The position numbers were made by a program, and so were the translations under genes. Source: Nannocystis bainbridge (GTDB lineage Bacteria > Myxococcota_A > Polyangia > Nannocystales > Nannocystaceae). Taken from it: a stretch of 64,000 nucleotides of DNA. This document shows, in pieces, positions 48,090 to 57,062 of the stretch. The first letter of the stretch is position 1. Every line of letters begins with the position of its first letter. The stretch is from assembly GCF_028368995.1 (NCBI RefSeq), contig NZ_JAQNDL010000004.1, positions 544,001 through 608,000 on the forward strand, written 5' to 3'. A model generated the notes under the pieces. It had not been told where the DNA came from. It did no database searches and saw only the letters and a list, made by a program, of their open reading frames with translations.

Positions 48090-49385
48090 TCAGCGGAGCG
48101 CGGCGAGGCGGGCTTGCAGGCGGTCGAGGCCGAGGTTGCCGGGGCCGCCGAGGCTGACGCGGGCCTGCAGGCTGGCCTCGGGCGACCTGTCCTTCAGGTC
48201 ATGCATCTCGGCCGCGGCCTGGCGGTAGGCGTCGCGAAACGGCACGCCGGCGCGGGCCAGCTCGACGGCGCGGTCGGTGGCGTGCAGCTCGCCGTCGATG
48301 GCGGCGCGCATGCGGGCGCGGTCGAGCTCGAGCGTACCCACGAGCGCGGGCACGAGGGCGAGGCCGGCGAGGCCGCGGGTGAACGCGCGCAGGGTCGGGG
48401 CCTTGGTGGCCTGGAGGTCGCGGTGGTAGCCGCTCGGCAGCGACAGCAGCGACGACAGCTCGGACATCGCGCCCTCGGTGACGGAGGGCACGGCGCGCAG
48501 CAGCTCGACGACGTCCGGGTTGCGCTTGTTGGGCATGATCGACGAGCCGGTGGTGTAGGCGTCGGGCAGGCGCACGAACGCGAACTCGGCGGTCGAGAAC
48601 AGCGACAGGTCCCAGGCCAGGCGGCGGACGTCGAGCAGCGCCTGGTGCAGCGCCTGCACCGCCAGCAGCTCGAGCTTGCCGCGGCTGTTCTGGGCGTAGA
48701 TCGGCGAGACCTGCACGCGCGAGAAGCCGAGCTCGTGGGCGACGCCGTCGCGGTCGAGCGGGAGGTTGACGCCGTAGCCGGCGGCGGTGCCGAGCGGGCT
48801 CGAGTCGAGGGTGTGGGCGGTGGCGCGCGCGGTCTCGGCGTCGTCGAGGAAGGCCTCGGCGTGGCCGGCGAGCAGGGCGGCGAGCGACGACGGCACGGCC
48901 CGCTGCAAGTGGGTGTAGCCGGGCAGGGCGACGTCCTGGGTGGCCTCGGCGCGCTGCAGGCAGGCGTCGGCGCAGTCGAGGCAGCGCGCGCGCAGGGCCC
49001 CGAGGGCGTCCTTGAGCCACAGGCGCATGGCGACGAGGATCTGGTCGTTGCGGCTGCGGCCGGTGTGGACCTTGCGGCCGACGTCGCCGAGGCGCTCGCC
49101 GAGGTACCACTCGATGGCGGAGTGGCCGTCCTCGAAGCGGTCGTCGAGCACGAACTCGCCGCTGCGCACGGCCTCGGCGAACGCTTCGAGGCCCGCCACG
49201 AGGGCCTCGGCCTCGCTCGTGGCGAGCACGGCGATGCGCTGCAGGCCGTGGACGTGGGCGATCGAGGCGCGGACGTCGTGGAGGATCAGCTGGCGATCGA
49301 GGACGACGTCATCGCCGGCGCAGAACGCCTGGGCGGCGGCGTCGAGGGCGGCCTGGCCCTTGTCCCATAGCGGTCGGGTGCTCAT
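48090..49385 (-). CDS. argH: Argininosuccinate lyase
   Basis: HTGRSRNDQ, PGYTHLQRA, GSSIMPNKRNPD. Confidence 0.96.
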   Translation of the reverse strand: MSTRPLWDKGQAALDAAAQAFCAGDDVVLDRQLILHDVRASIAHVHGLQRIAVLATSEAEALVAGLEAFAEAVRSGEFVLDDRFEDGHSAIEWYLGERLGDVGRKVHTGRSRNDQILVAMRLWLKDALGALRARCLDCADACLQRAEATQDVALPGYTHLQRAVPSSLAALLAGHAEAFLDDAETARATAHTLDSSPLGTAAGYGVNLPLDRDGVAHELGFSRVQVSPIYAQNSRGKLELLAVQALHQALLDVRRLAWDLSLFSTAEFAFVRLPDAYTTGSSIMPNKRNPDVVELLRAVPSVTEGAMSELSSLLSLPSGYHRDLQATKAPTLRAFTRGLAGLALVPALVGTLELDRARMRAAIDGELHATDRAVELARAGVPFRDAYRQAAAEMHDLKDRSPEASLQARVSLGGPGNLGLDRLQARLAALR

Positions 49386-49442
49386 GCGGTGCTCCTGGCG
49401 GCGAGGCGGTGGTCTGGTCTTCGGGACAGGTGCGGCGCGCGC

Positions 49443-50396
49443 TCACGGGCCGGCGGGCTCGGGGTCGCGCGGCACCCCCTGGCGCTCGGGCAGGCCGAGG
49501 GCGAGGTTCAGGTTCTGCAGGGCCTGCGAGGCGGCGCCCTTGAGCAGGTTGTCGAGGGTGACGACGACGACGGCGTGGCGGTCGTCGACGTGGAGGCCGC
49601 CGATGGTGACGTCGTGGCGGCCGGCGACGTCGCGGACCTCGGGGATGTCGCTCGTGACGCGCACGAGCGGCTCGTCGGCGTAGACGCTGCGGTAGCGCTC
49701 GAGCAGCTCGGCGCGCTCGAGCGAACGCGCGAGCGGGAGGGTGATCGTCAGGGTGATGCCGCGGAAGAACGGGGCGACGTGAGGGACGAAGCGGACCGCG
49801 TGGCCGAGGTGATGGCTGGCCTCGCGCTCGTGCAGGTGGCCGGTGAGGGCGTAGGGCATGAGGTTGTCGCGCAGGCGCTCGGGGTCGTTGCGCGGCGAGG
49901 GGGTGGTGCCGGCGCCGCTGTAGCCGGACACGCCGAAGGCCTGCGGCGGGCCGGCGAGCAGCTCCAGCAGCGGAGCGACGCCGAGCTGGATGCCGGTGGC
50001 GTAGCAGCCGGGGTTGGCGATCCGGCGGGCGCCGCGGATCTGGGCCCGGTGGCGCTCGGGCAGGCCGTAGGCCCAGGCGGGGTCGAAGCGGTAGTCGGCC
50101 GAGAGGTCGACGAGCACGGGGCCGCGCGCGTCCAGGGCGTCGGCGTAGGCGGCGGCGAGGCCGTTCGGCAGGGCGAGCACGACGGCGTCGACGGGCCAGG
50201 AGGCGACTGTCTCGGGGGACATGTCCTCGAGGACAATGTCGGCGGGGGCGTCGGTGAGGTGGGCCCGCAGCGGGTCGCCGACGCCCTGGCGCGAGGCGGC
50301 GCGGGTCAGGCGGAGGTCGTCGTGGCCGGCGAGCAGGCGCGCGAGCTCGCCGCCGACGTGGCCGCGCGCGCCGACGAGGCCGAGGGTGAAGCTCAT
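49443..50396 (-). CDS. argC: N-acetyl-gamma-glutamyl-phosphate reductase
   Basis: GARGHVG, DLSADYR, IANPGCYAT, DNLLKGAA. Confidence 0.95.
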   Translation of the reverse strand: MSFTLGLVGARGHVGGELARLLAGHDDLRLTRAASRQGVGDPLRAHLTDAPADIVLEDMSPETVASWPVDAVVLALPNGLAAAYADALDARGPVLVDLSADYRFDPAWAYGLPERHRAQIRGARRIANPGCYATGIQLGVAPLLELLAGPPQAFGVSGYSGAGTTPSPRNDPERLRDNLMPYALTGHLHEREASHHLGHAVRFVPHVAPFFRGITLTITLPLARSLERAELLERYRSVYADEPLVRVTSDIPEVRDVAGRHDVTIGGLHVDDRHAVVVVTLDNLLKGAASQALQNLNLALGLPERQGVPRDPEPAGP

Positions 50397-50503
50397 GGCC
50401 GGCCTCCGTGAACAGGGTCGAAAGGACATGTCCACAGGAGCATGTCGTCATGGACATGCCCGCTGGGGCATGTCTGAAGGGGCATGGCGACGGGCGGGGT
50501 CAC
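50393..50503 (-). CDS. Putative 36-aa bridging ORF between argB and argC, largely made of five 14-bp units (50415-50484)
   Basis: GTG overlaps the argB stop and its TGA overlaps the argC ATG. Confidence 0.35.
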   Translation of the reverse strand: MTPPVAMPLQTCPSGHVHDDMLLWTCPFDPVHGGRP

Positions 50504-51828
50504 GCGGCGCCTCCGATGGTGTGCGCGGCCTCCAGGGTCGGCGGGGCGGCGAGGGCCCGCTCGACGCACTCCTGGATGGTCGGGAAGTCGGTGACGCCGG
50601 TCCAGAACACGGTCCAGGTGCCGCCGCTGTAGCTGCCGTCGGCGCGCTGGAAGTACCAGGGGTTGATCGGGTTGTCGACGCGGGCGCGCCAGAACAGCTG
50701 CGGGGTGTCCCGGGTCATGCGCTGCCACAAGGAGCCGCCGATGCCCTCGCCCTGGGCCTCGCCGGTGACGGCGAACTTGTCGAGGTAGGGGATCGGGCCC
50801 TCGTCGGTGAGGATGGCGGCGGCGCGGTAGCTGTCGGCCAGGTAGATCCGGCGGAACGGCTTGCGGGTGAAGTAGTCGGCGACCGGGGGCCGGCCGAAGG
50901 CGGCGGCGAGCAGGTCGGCGAGGCGCGGCAGGTCGACGCTGGCGAGCGACGGGTGGAGGATGATGCGCTCGCCGCGGCGGACCAGGGTGCCCGAGCCCTT
51001 GTGGGTGAAGAGCTCCATGGCCAAAAGGTCAGGTGAGGTGATCGAGACCGAGGAGGCGCGCGGGAGCCTGCCGAGGAGGTCGTGGATCAGCGCGAGCTTG
51101 TGGCGGGTGCTGTCGGTCAGCCACGGCTCGGCGAGCAGCGGCTCGTAGTCTTCGGCGAGGTTGACGGCCGAGATGAGGTCGCCGTACTCGTCGCGCAGGC
51201 CGCCCCGGGCCCGCAAGAAGATGATCTTGTAGGGCTGCAGGCGGACCGCGAGGGCGTGCGCGGCGAGGTCGGGGCCGAGGTCGAGGATCTGGCCGCCGGC
51301 GGTCTCGCCGATGCTGGCGAGCACGGGCATCGAGCCGGCCTTGAGGCTCGACTCGATGGCGTCGGTGTCGACGCGCACGATCCGCGCCCGCTGCTCGGCG
51401 TCGCGGTCGGCGTCGTCGAGCTCGGCCGCGAACACGCCGCCGACGACGGGCCGGCCGCGCGCGCCCATCTCCTCGAGCATGTCGACGAGCCGCAGGTTCT
51501 CGGCGCGGAACACCCGGCGCACCTGCTCGAGCGCGCGCGGCGAGGTGCGCTGGGACCAGTCGGTCGGGTCGATGCCGGCGGCGGTGAAGGCGGCCTGCAG
51601 CTGCGGCCCGACGCCGTGCACGACGACCGGGTGGAGGCCGACCTGGTGGAGGAAGTTGAGCGAGGAGGCGAGGCTCTCGAGGTCGTCGGCGAGCAGGCCG
51701 CCGCCGACCTTGATGACGGCGAAGCGCTTGTGCTCGACGCTCGAGAATTGCTTGAGGTACTGCTCGACCTCTTTGCGGCCGCCGAGGTTGCGCAGCAGCT
51801 TGACGATCAGCTCGCGGGGGTTGGGCAT
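50500..51828 (-). CDS. argB: Acetylglutamate kinase with C-terminal NAT (DUF619) domain; bifunctional NAGS/K type
   Basis: FAVIKVGG, VVVHGVGPQ, ELFTHKGSGTLVRRG, YLDKFAV...QGEGIG...LFWRAR. Confidence 0.92.
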   Translation of the reverse strand: MPNPRELIVKLLRNLGGRKEVEQYLKQFSSVEHKRFAVIKVGGGLLADDLESLASSLNFLHQVGLHPVVVHGVGPQLQAAFTAAGIDPTDWSQRTSPRALEQVRRVFRAENLRLVDMLEEMGARGRPVVGGVFAAELDDADRDAEQRARIVRVDTDAIESSLKAGSMPVLASIGETAGGQILDLGPDLAAHALAVRLQPYKIIFLRARGGLRDEYGDLISAVNLAEDYEPLLAEPWLTDSTRHKLALIHDLLGRLPRASSVSITSPDLLAMELFTHKGSGTLVRRGERIILHPSLASVDLPRLADLLAAAFGRPPVADYFTRKPFRRIYLADSYRAAAILTDEGPIPYLDKFAVTGEAQGEGIGGSLWQRMTRDTPQLFWRARVDNPINPWYFQRADGSYSGGTWTVFWTGVTDFPTIQECVERALAAPPTLEAAHTIGGAA

Positions 51829-51841
51829 GGTCGTGAGAACT

Positions 51842-52996
51842 TCAGGACAGGATCGCGCGGTAGCGGGTGGCCGCCTCGACGAGGTCGGCCAGGGGGACGT
51901 ACTCGCCCGCGGTGTGGGCCTGCTCGATCGAACCTGGCCCATAGACCAGGACGTCGCAGCCGGCGGCCGAGAACAGGGCGGCCTCGGTCCAGAAATCGAC
52001 GGGGTCGCCGGGCGGGAGGCCGAGGCGGGCGGCCAGGGCGGACGCGGCCTGGCGGGCCGCCGTCAAGCGCGCGGGGCCGCCGGCGGGCAGCGGCGGGGCG
52101 AGGAAGCCGGGCGTGAAGCGGACGCGCGCGGGGTCGGGCGCGAGCGCGAACAGCTCGGCGAGGGCGAGCTCGGGCGGGAGCTCGGGCGGCGGCCGCACGC
52201 CGAAGCGCACGGTGGCGGCGCTGGCGATCATGTTGGCCTTGAGGCCGCCCTCGACGGCGCCGAGGTTGAGCCGCAGACCCCGGAGCGAGCCGGCCGCGCC
52301 GGCGGTCTCGCTGGCGCCCGCGCGGGCGAGGGCGAGGCTGGCCCAACGGACGGCCTCGTGGACGGCGCTGTCGCGCAGGGCCCGGGCGGCGGAGGCGTGG
52401 CCGCCGATGCCGGAGAACACGGCGGTGGCGGTGCCGATCCCGCGGTGCTCGAGCACCGCGCGGCAACGGGTGGGCTCGGCGACGACGACGCTGCGGAAGG
52501 TCGGGTGCGAAGCTGTCCCGGAGGACATGTCGGATGTCCGCGGGGACAGGTCGGAGCGGGTCAGGAATTCGCGGATGCAGCGGCTGCTGCCGGCCTCCTC
52601 GTCGGACGAGAACAGCACGGCGGCGGGGCCGGTGGTGGCCTCGAGCACGCTCAGGAGGCAGGCAGCGGCGCCCTTGATGTCGCAGGCGCCGAGGCCGACG
52701 GCGAGGTCGCCCTCGATGCGCAGGCGGTGGGGGTCGGCGGTCCAGCCGGGGTCGGCGGGCACGGTGTCGACGTGGACGTTGAACAGCACCTGCGGGGCGC
52801 CGCGCACGGCCAGCAGGTAGACGCAGCCGTCGCCGAGGTCGACGGTGTCGCAGGTGAGACCTGACCCCTGGAGCATGTCCCGCAGGTACGCGAACAGCCC
52901 GGCGTCGCCGGCGATCGCCCGCGGCGGGTTGCGGGTGTCGAAGGCGACCAGGCGCGTCAGGTGTTCGAGGGTGCGCCGGAGCGTGGCTTCGGTCAT
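51842..52996 (-). CDS. argE: Acetylornithine/acetylcitrulline deacetylase (M20)
   Basis: FDTRNPPR, NVHVDTVP, GACDIKG, DEEAG, AEPT, FWTEA, QAHTAGE; ATGA overlap with argG. Confidence 0.93.
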   Translation of the reverse strand: MTEATLRRTLEHLTRLVAFDTRNPPRAIAGDAGLFAYLRDMLQGSGLTCDTVDLGDGCVYLLAVRGAPQVLFNVHVDTVPADPGWTADPHRLRIEGDLAVGLGACDIKGAAACLLSVLEATTGPAAVLFSSDEEAGSSRCIREFLTRSDLSPRTSDMSSGTASHPTFRSVVVAEPTRCRAVLEHRGIGTATAVFSGIGGHASAARALRDSAVHEAVRWASLALARAGASETAGAAGSLRGLRLNLGAVEGGLKANMIASAATVRFGVRPPPELPPELALAELFALAPDPARVRFTPGFLAPPLPAGGPARLTAARQAASALAARLGLPPGDPVDFWTEAALFSAAGCDVLVYGPGSIEQAHTAGEYVPLADLVEAATRYRAILS

Positions 52997-54222
52997 CGCT
53001 GCCCGGGGCGCCGGCGCGGGTTGACGCGCGCGGACAGGGTCGAGCTCATGCCGAGCAGCTTGATGAAGCCCTCGGCCTCGCGGGCGTCCCAGTCGGCCGA
53101 CTGAGCGTAGACGGCGCCCTTGTTGCGCAGGATGTGCTCGGAGCGCACGGCGATCGGGGTGACGACGCCGCCGGCGGTCTCGAGGGTGACGGTGCCGTTG
53201 ACGACGGCCTGCGACGAGCGCAGGAACGCCTCGAGGTCGTCCTTGAGCGGCTCGAAGAAGAAGCCGCGGTAGACCAGCTCGACCCACTTCTTGGCGACCA
53301 GCGGCTTGAAGCTGTTCTGGTTGGCGGTGAGGATGGCCTCCTCGAGCGCGCGGTGGGCCGTCATCAGGCCGGCGATGCCGGGGCACTCGAACACGATCCG
53401 GCCCTTGAGGCCGATGGTGGTGTCGCCGGTGTAGATGTTGCGGCCGACGCCGTAGGCGCCGAGGCGCTCGTTGAGGCGGCGCAGGATGTCGGGGCCGGCC
53501 ATCGCCTCGCCGTCGAGCTTGACGGCGACGCCGCGCTCGAAGGTGATGTCGAAGCGCGCGGGCTGCCGCGGCCAGTCCTCGGGGCGCGCGCACATCTGCC
53601 AGGTCTCGGGCCCGGGGGTCTGAAACTCGTCGATCTCCGAGCCCGAGGCGGTGACGCCGAGCAGGTTGACGTTGATGCTGTACTTGGCGGTCTTGGGCCG
53701 CACGTGGTGGCCGAGCTTCTGCAGGTACTCGGCCTCGTAGGCGCGCACGGCGTGGTGCTCGTGCTGGATGTCGCGGATCGGCGCGACGATGTCGTAGTCG
53801 CCGAGCGAGCGCACGGTCTGGTCGAAGCGGACCTGATCGTTGCCCATGCCGGTGCAGCCGTGGGCGAACACGCGGGTGCCGCGAGCGTCGCACAGGGCCA
53901 GCGCGCGCTCGACGATGATGTAACGATCGCTGACGAGCAGCGGGTAGACGTCCTGGTAGAGCTGGCCGCCGATGACGAGGGGGACGACGACGTCGTCCCA
54001 GATCGGCTGGGCGCCGCTCTCGGTCACGTGCTCGACGGCCCCGAGGTCGCGCGCGCGCTGCTCGATGTAGGCCCGCTCGGCGTCGTCGACGCCGCCGGTG
54101 TCGACGAACAGGGTGACGACTTCGTAGCCGCGCTCGCGCAGGTAAGGCACGCAGAAGCTGGTGTCGAGGCCGCCGGAGAAGGCGAGCACGACCTTCTTGT
54201 TCGAAGCTGTACTTTGGGACAT
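52993..54222 (-). CDS. argG: Argininosuccinate synthase
   Basis: LAFSGGLDTS, HGCTGMGNDQVRF, GLKGRIVFE. Confidence 0.96.
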   Translation of the reverse strand: MSQSTASNKKVVLAFSGGLDTSFCVPYLRERGYEVVTLFVDTGGVDDAERAYIEQRARDLGAVEHVTESGAQPIWDDVVVPLVIGGQLYQDVYPLLVSDRYIIVERALALCDARGTRVFAHGCTGMGNDQVRFDQTVRSLGDYDIVAPIRDIQHEHHAVRAYEAEYLQKLGHHVRPKTAKYSINVNLLGVTASGSEIDEFQTPGPETWQMCARPEDWPRQPARFDITFERGVAVKLDGEAMAGPDILRRLNERLGAYGVGRNIYTGDTTIGLKGRIVFECPGIAGLMTAHRALEEAILTANQNSFKPLVAKKWVELVYRGFFFEPLKDDLEAFLRSSQAVVNGTVTLETAGGVVTPIAVRSEHILRNKGAVYAQSADWDAREAEGFIKLLGMSSTLSARVNPRRRPGQR

Positions 54223-54270
54223 GTGGGGGATCCTGGGAGCGAGGCGAGCGGGGGCGAAGCGAGGGCGAGG

Positions 54271-55275
54271 TCAGAGGGCGCCGCGCAGGAGGGCGTCCAT
54301 CAGGGCCTTCTGGACGTGGAGGCGGTTCTCGGCCTCGTCGATGTGGATCGCGCGCGGCGAGTCGAGGACCTCGTCGGTGACCTTGACGTTGCGGCGGACC
54401 GGGAGGCAGTGGCTGAACAGGGCGTTCGGGGTCATCGCCATCTTGGCGGCGTCGACCATGAAGCGCTTGCTGGCCTCGCGGATCGGCTTCTCCTCGTCCC
54501 AGCGGCCGAAGTACGGCAGGGCGCCCCAGCTCTTGGCGTAGACGATGTCGGCGCCGCGGTAGCCCTGCTCGATGTCGTGGGTGACGGTGAGGCTGCGCCC
54601 GGCGGCCCGGGTGTACTCGGCGGCGGCGCTCATGTAGCGCTCGTCGAGCACGTACTCGGGGCTGGGGCACAGGAGGGTGACGTCCATGCCGAGCTTGGCG
54701 GCGATGATCAGCGCCGAGTTGGCGACCGCGGTGTTGAGCGGCTTGGGGTGGTACGTCCAGGTCAGGCACATCTTCTTGCCGGCGAGGTCGCCGAGCTTCT
54801 CCTGCAGGGTCAGCGCGAGCGCCAGCTCCTGGCAGGGGTGCGTGATCGTCTCCATGTTGATCACGGGCACGGTGGCGTGGCGCGCGAACGACTGGATGAC
54901 GCGGTCCTCGCGGTCGACGTCCCAGCGCTGAAACTTGGGGAAGGCGCGCACGGCGATGGCGTCGACGTAGCGCGAGAGGACCCGCGCGACCTCGCGGACG
55001 TGCTCCTCGGGCTCGCCGTCCATGATGACGCCGTCGTCGAACTCGATCGGCCAGGCGCCCTTGCCAGGCTCGAGCACGATGGCCTTGCCGCCGAGCTGGT
55101 GCATGCCGAGCTCGAAGCTGGTGCGAGTGCGCAGCGAGGGGTTGAAGAAGACCAGGGCGATCGACTTGCCAGCCAAGGTCTGCGCGTGCGGCCCGGCCTT
55201 GATGGCGCGCGCGGCGGCGAGCAAGGCTTCGATCTCGGCGCGGCTGTAGTCGAGGGTCGAGAGGAAGTGGCGCAC
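54271..55275 (-). CDS. argF: N-acetylornithine carbamoyltransferase (ArgF')
   Basis: SLRTRTSF, EEHVREVARVL, HPCQEL, TYHPKPLNTAVANS, HCLPVRRNVK (Xanthomonas-type AOTCase signatures). Confidence 0.92.
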   Translation of the reverse strand: MRHFLSTLDYSRAEIEALLAAARAIKAGPHAQTLAGKSIALVFFNPSLRTRTSFELGMHQLGGKAIVLEPGKGAWPIEFDDGVIMDGEPEEHVREVARVLSRYVDAIAVRAFPKFQRWDVDREDRVIQSFARHATVPVINMETITHPCQELALALTLQEKLGDLAGKKMCLTWTYHPKPLNTAVANSALIIAAKLGMDVTLLCPSPEYVLDERYMSAAAEYTRAAGRSLTVTHDIEQGYRGADIVYAKSWGALPYFGRWDEEKPIREASKRFMVDAAKMAMTPNALFSHCLPVRRNVKVTDEVLDSPRAIHIDEAENRLHVQKALMDALLRGAL

Positions 55276-55509
55276 GCGCGCTCCTCTAGCACAGGGGGGC
55301 GGTGCGCCAAATAGGCGCGGGGGCCGTCGCGCAGCGCAGGCCGGCGTGCGATTGTGAACTTCCTCTCGCGTTCGCGGCGAGGGGATGGCGTCGCGCTCGC
55401 CGGGCCGGGGCGCCGGGGCGGACGCCGGTGGTGGTTCGGGAAAGGCGCCCCGCCGCTCGGGGGGATCCGTCGACTCTTGCGGTGTTGGTTTGAGGCGGTC
55501 GCCCGCGAT

Positions 55510-56667
55510 TCAGCGGCGGTCCTTGGCCATGGCCTTGAGGTTGGCGCGCCGCGCCTCGTGGGCGCAATCGGGGCACCAGGTGTGTTGATAGCGGATCGCG
55601 CTCGGGCGGGCCCACCAGCGGTGGCCCTTGTCGCACTCCCATTGCAGGTGGGTGTTGCGGTCGACGTATTTTTTCGAGATGCACTTGCCGCCGTTGCTGG
55701 CGGCCATGCGCTGCATCTCGGGGATGCCGAGGCGGGTGTCGGCGCATTGCGGGCACCAGCGCTCGTTGAGGATGTTGCCGCTGGTGCTGAGCCACTCGTG
55801 GCCGCTGGCGCAGCGCCAGCGCAGCTTGCGGCCCGAATGGAGGTTGTGCTCGGTGAGGAGGGCGCCGCCGCGGCGAGCGGCGATCCGGCGAACCTCGGCG
55901 ATCCAGCCGTCCTCGCGGCGACACTGCTGGCACCAATGGCCGAGGCGAATGTTGCGAGCCCGCGAGGTGAAGCGGTGGCCGCGGGCGCACTCCCAGCGCA
56001 AGGGGCCGGCGATATCGACGGTTTTGGCGGAGACGCAGCGGCCGCCCCACCGGGCGACGAGGTCGTCCATGTCGGCGAGGCTGCGGCGGCAGCGACCGCA
56101 CCAGTTGCCCTCGCGGATCTTGCGAGCCTCGGCGTCCCATTCGTGGCCGCGTTCGCAGCGGAACCGCAGCTTGTGGCCGAGCGGCGGGTATTCGCGGGAG
56201 AGGCAGCGGCCGCCCCGTTCGCGGGCGATGGCCTTGATCTTGTCGAGTTTGTCGGGGGTGCGATAGCGGCAGGTGGGGCACCAGGAGCCGCCGAGGATGA
56301 TGGCGCTGGTGGTGGACCAGCGATGGCCGCGCTTGCATTGGTAGTCAGCGCGGCCCTGGTAGCCAGGATAGGCGTCGGCGAGGCACTTGCCGCCGTGCTG
56401 GCGGGCGATGGCGCGGAGGGCGGCGAGGCGCGCGGCGGGATCGTTGCGAGGCGGGCGCGGCACGGCAGGTGCGGGCGAGGTCGGCGGGGCTGCGGCGGGG
56501 GCCGGCGAGGTCGGCGGGGCGGCGGGCTTGCGGGCGCTCGGCTCGAGCTTTGGCTTGGGGATCGGAGCGTCGGCGGGCGATTTGCGGGCGGCGGGCCTGG
56601 GCTTCGGGGCGTCGGCGCCTTGGACCGGTGTGTGCGAGCGCGGAGGCTTGGACCGGTTCGCGGGCAC
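55510..56667 (-). CDS. Protein with five tandem zinc-ribbon repeats
   Basis: Five copies of GGxC/L...CxxGHxW/F...I...WCxxC after a Pro/Ala/Lys-rich N-terminus. Confidence 0.85.
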   Translation of the reverse strand: MPANRSKPPRSHTPVQGADAPKPRPAARKSPADAPIPKPKLEPSARKPAAPPTSPAPAAAPPTSPAPAVPRPPRNDPAARLAALRAIARQHGGKCLADAYPGYQGRADYQCKRGHRWSTTSAIILGGSWCPTCRYRTPDKLDKIKAIARERGGRCLSREYPPLGHKLRFRCERGHEWDAEARKIREGNWCGRCRRSLADMDDLVARWGGRCVSAKTVDIAGPLRWECARGHRFTSRARNIRLGHWCQQCRREDGWIAEVRRIAARRGGALLTEHNLHSGRKLRWRCASGHEWLSTSGNILNERWCPQCADTRLGIPEMQRMAASNGGKCISKKYVDRNTHLQWECDKGHRWWARPSAIRYQHTWCPDCAHEARRANLKAMAKDRR

Positions 56668-56742
56668 GATGGCGGACGCTACCTCCGCTCAGGAATGCGC
56701 GCAAGCGCGCGCGCCGGCGAGCAGGTGCACGGGCGTGAGCGA

Positions 56743-56806
56743 GACGGCGACTCGGGCGTGAGCGGGGGCGCGGGCGGGAGCGTGACGGCGACTCGGGCGT
56801 GAGCGG
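56743..56806. repeat. 23-bp direct repeat, two copies, in the divergent intergenic region
   Basis: GACGGCGACTCGGGCGTGAGCGG at 56743 and 56784. Confidence 0.8.
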
Positions 56807-57062
56807 AGTCTGGCGCGGGTCCGGGCGGCGGTGGTTCTCCCGCGTGCCCGAGGAGGCGTCGCCTGGGGTCGACGCGCGGCAGGTCGAGCGGGCCGGGCGG
56901 TGGGTGACCTGCTGGCGGCGGCGCGACCCTGGGGGCGCGAGGCGGTAGCTGTCTCTTGGGCCAGGTCGGCGGAGCGGCCGCCTCGGCGAGTCGTCGGCGC
57001 GGGGTTCGCGGGCGCTTCCCCTCCGGGCGGGAACGCGCTAGGGAGCGTGCCCGCGGAGGCCC

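Noticed and set aside
49309-49446. Bridging ORF between argC and argH
   Set aside because: It starts at a GTGA overlap but runs out of frame about 76 nt into argH rather than ending at its start; a counter-example to the bridge pattern.
50415-50484. The 14-bp motif as an ARG box or SOS box
   Set aside because: It occurs equally in unrelated genes, inside CDSs and at convergent 3' ends, and does not match ArgR or LexA consensus sequences I know.
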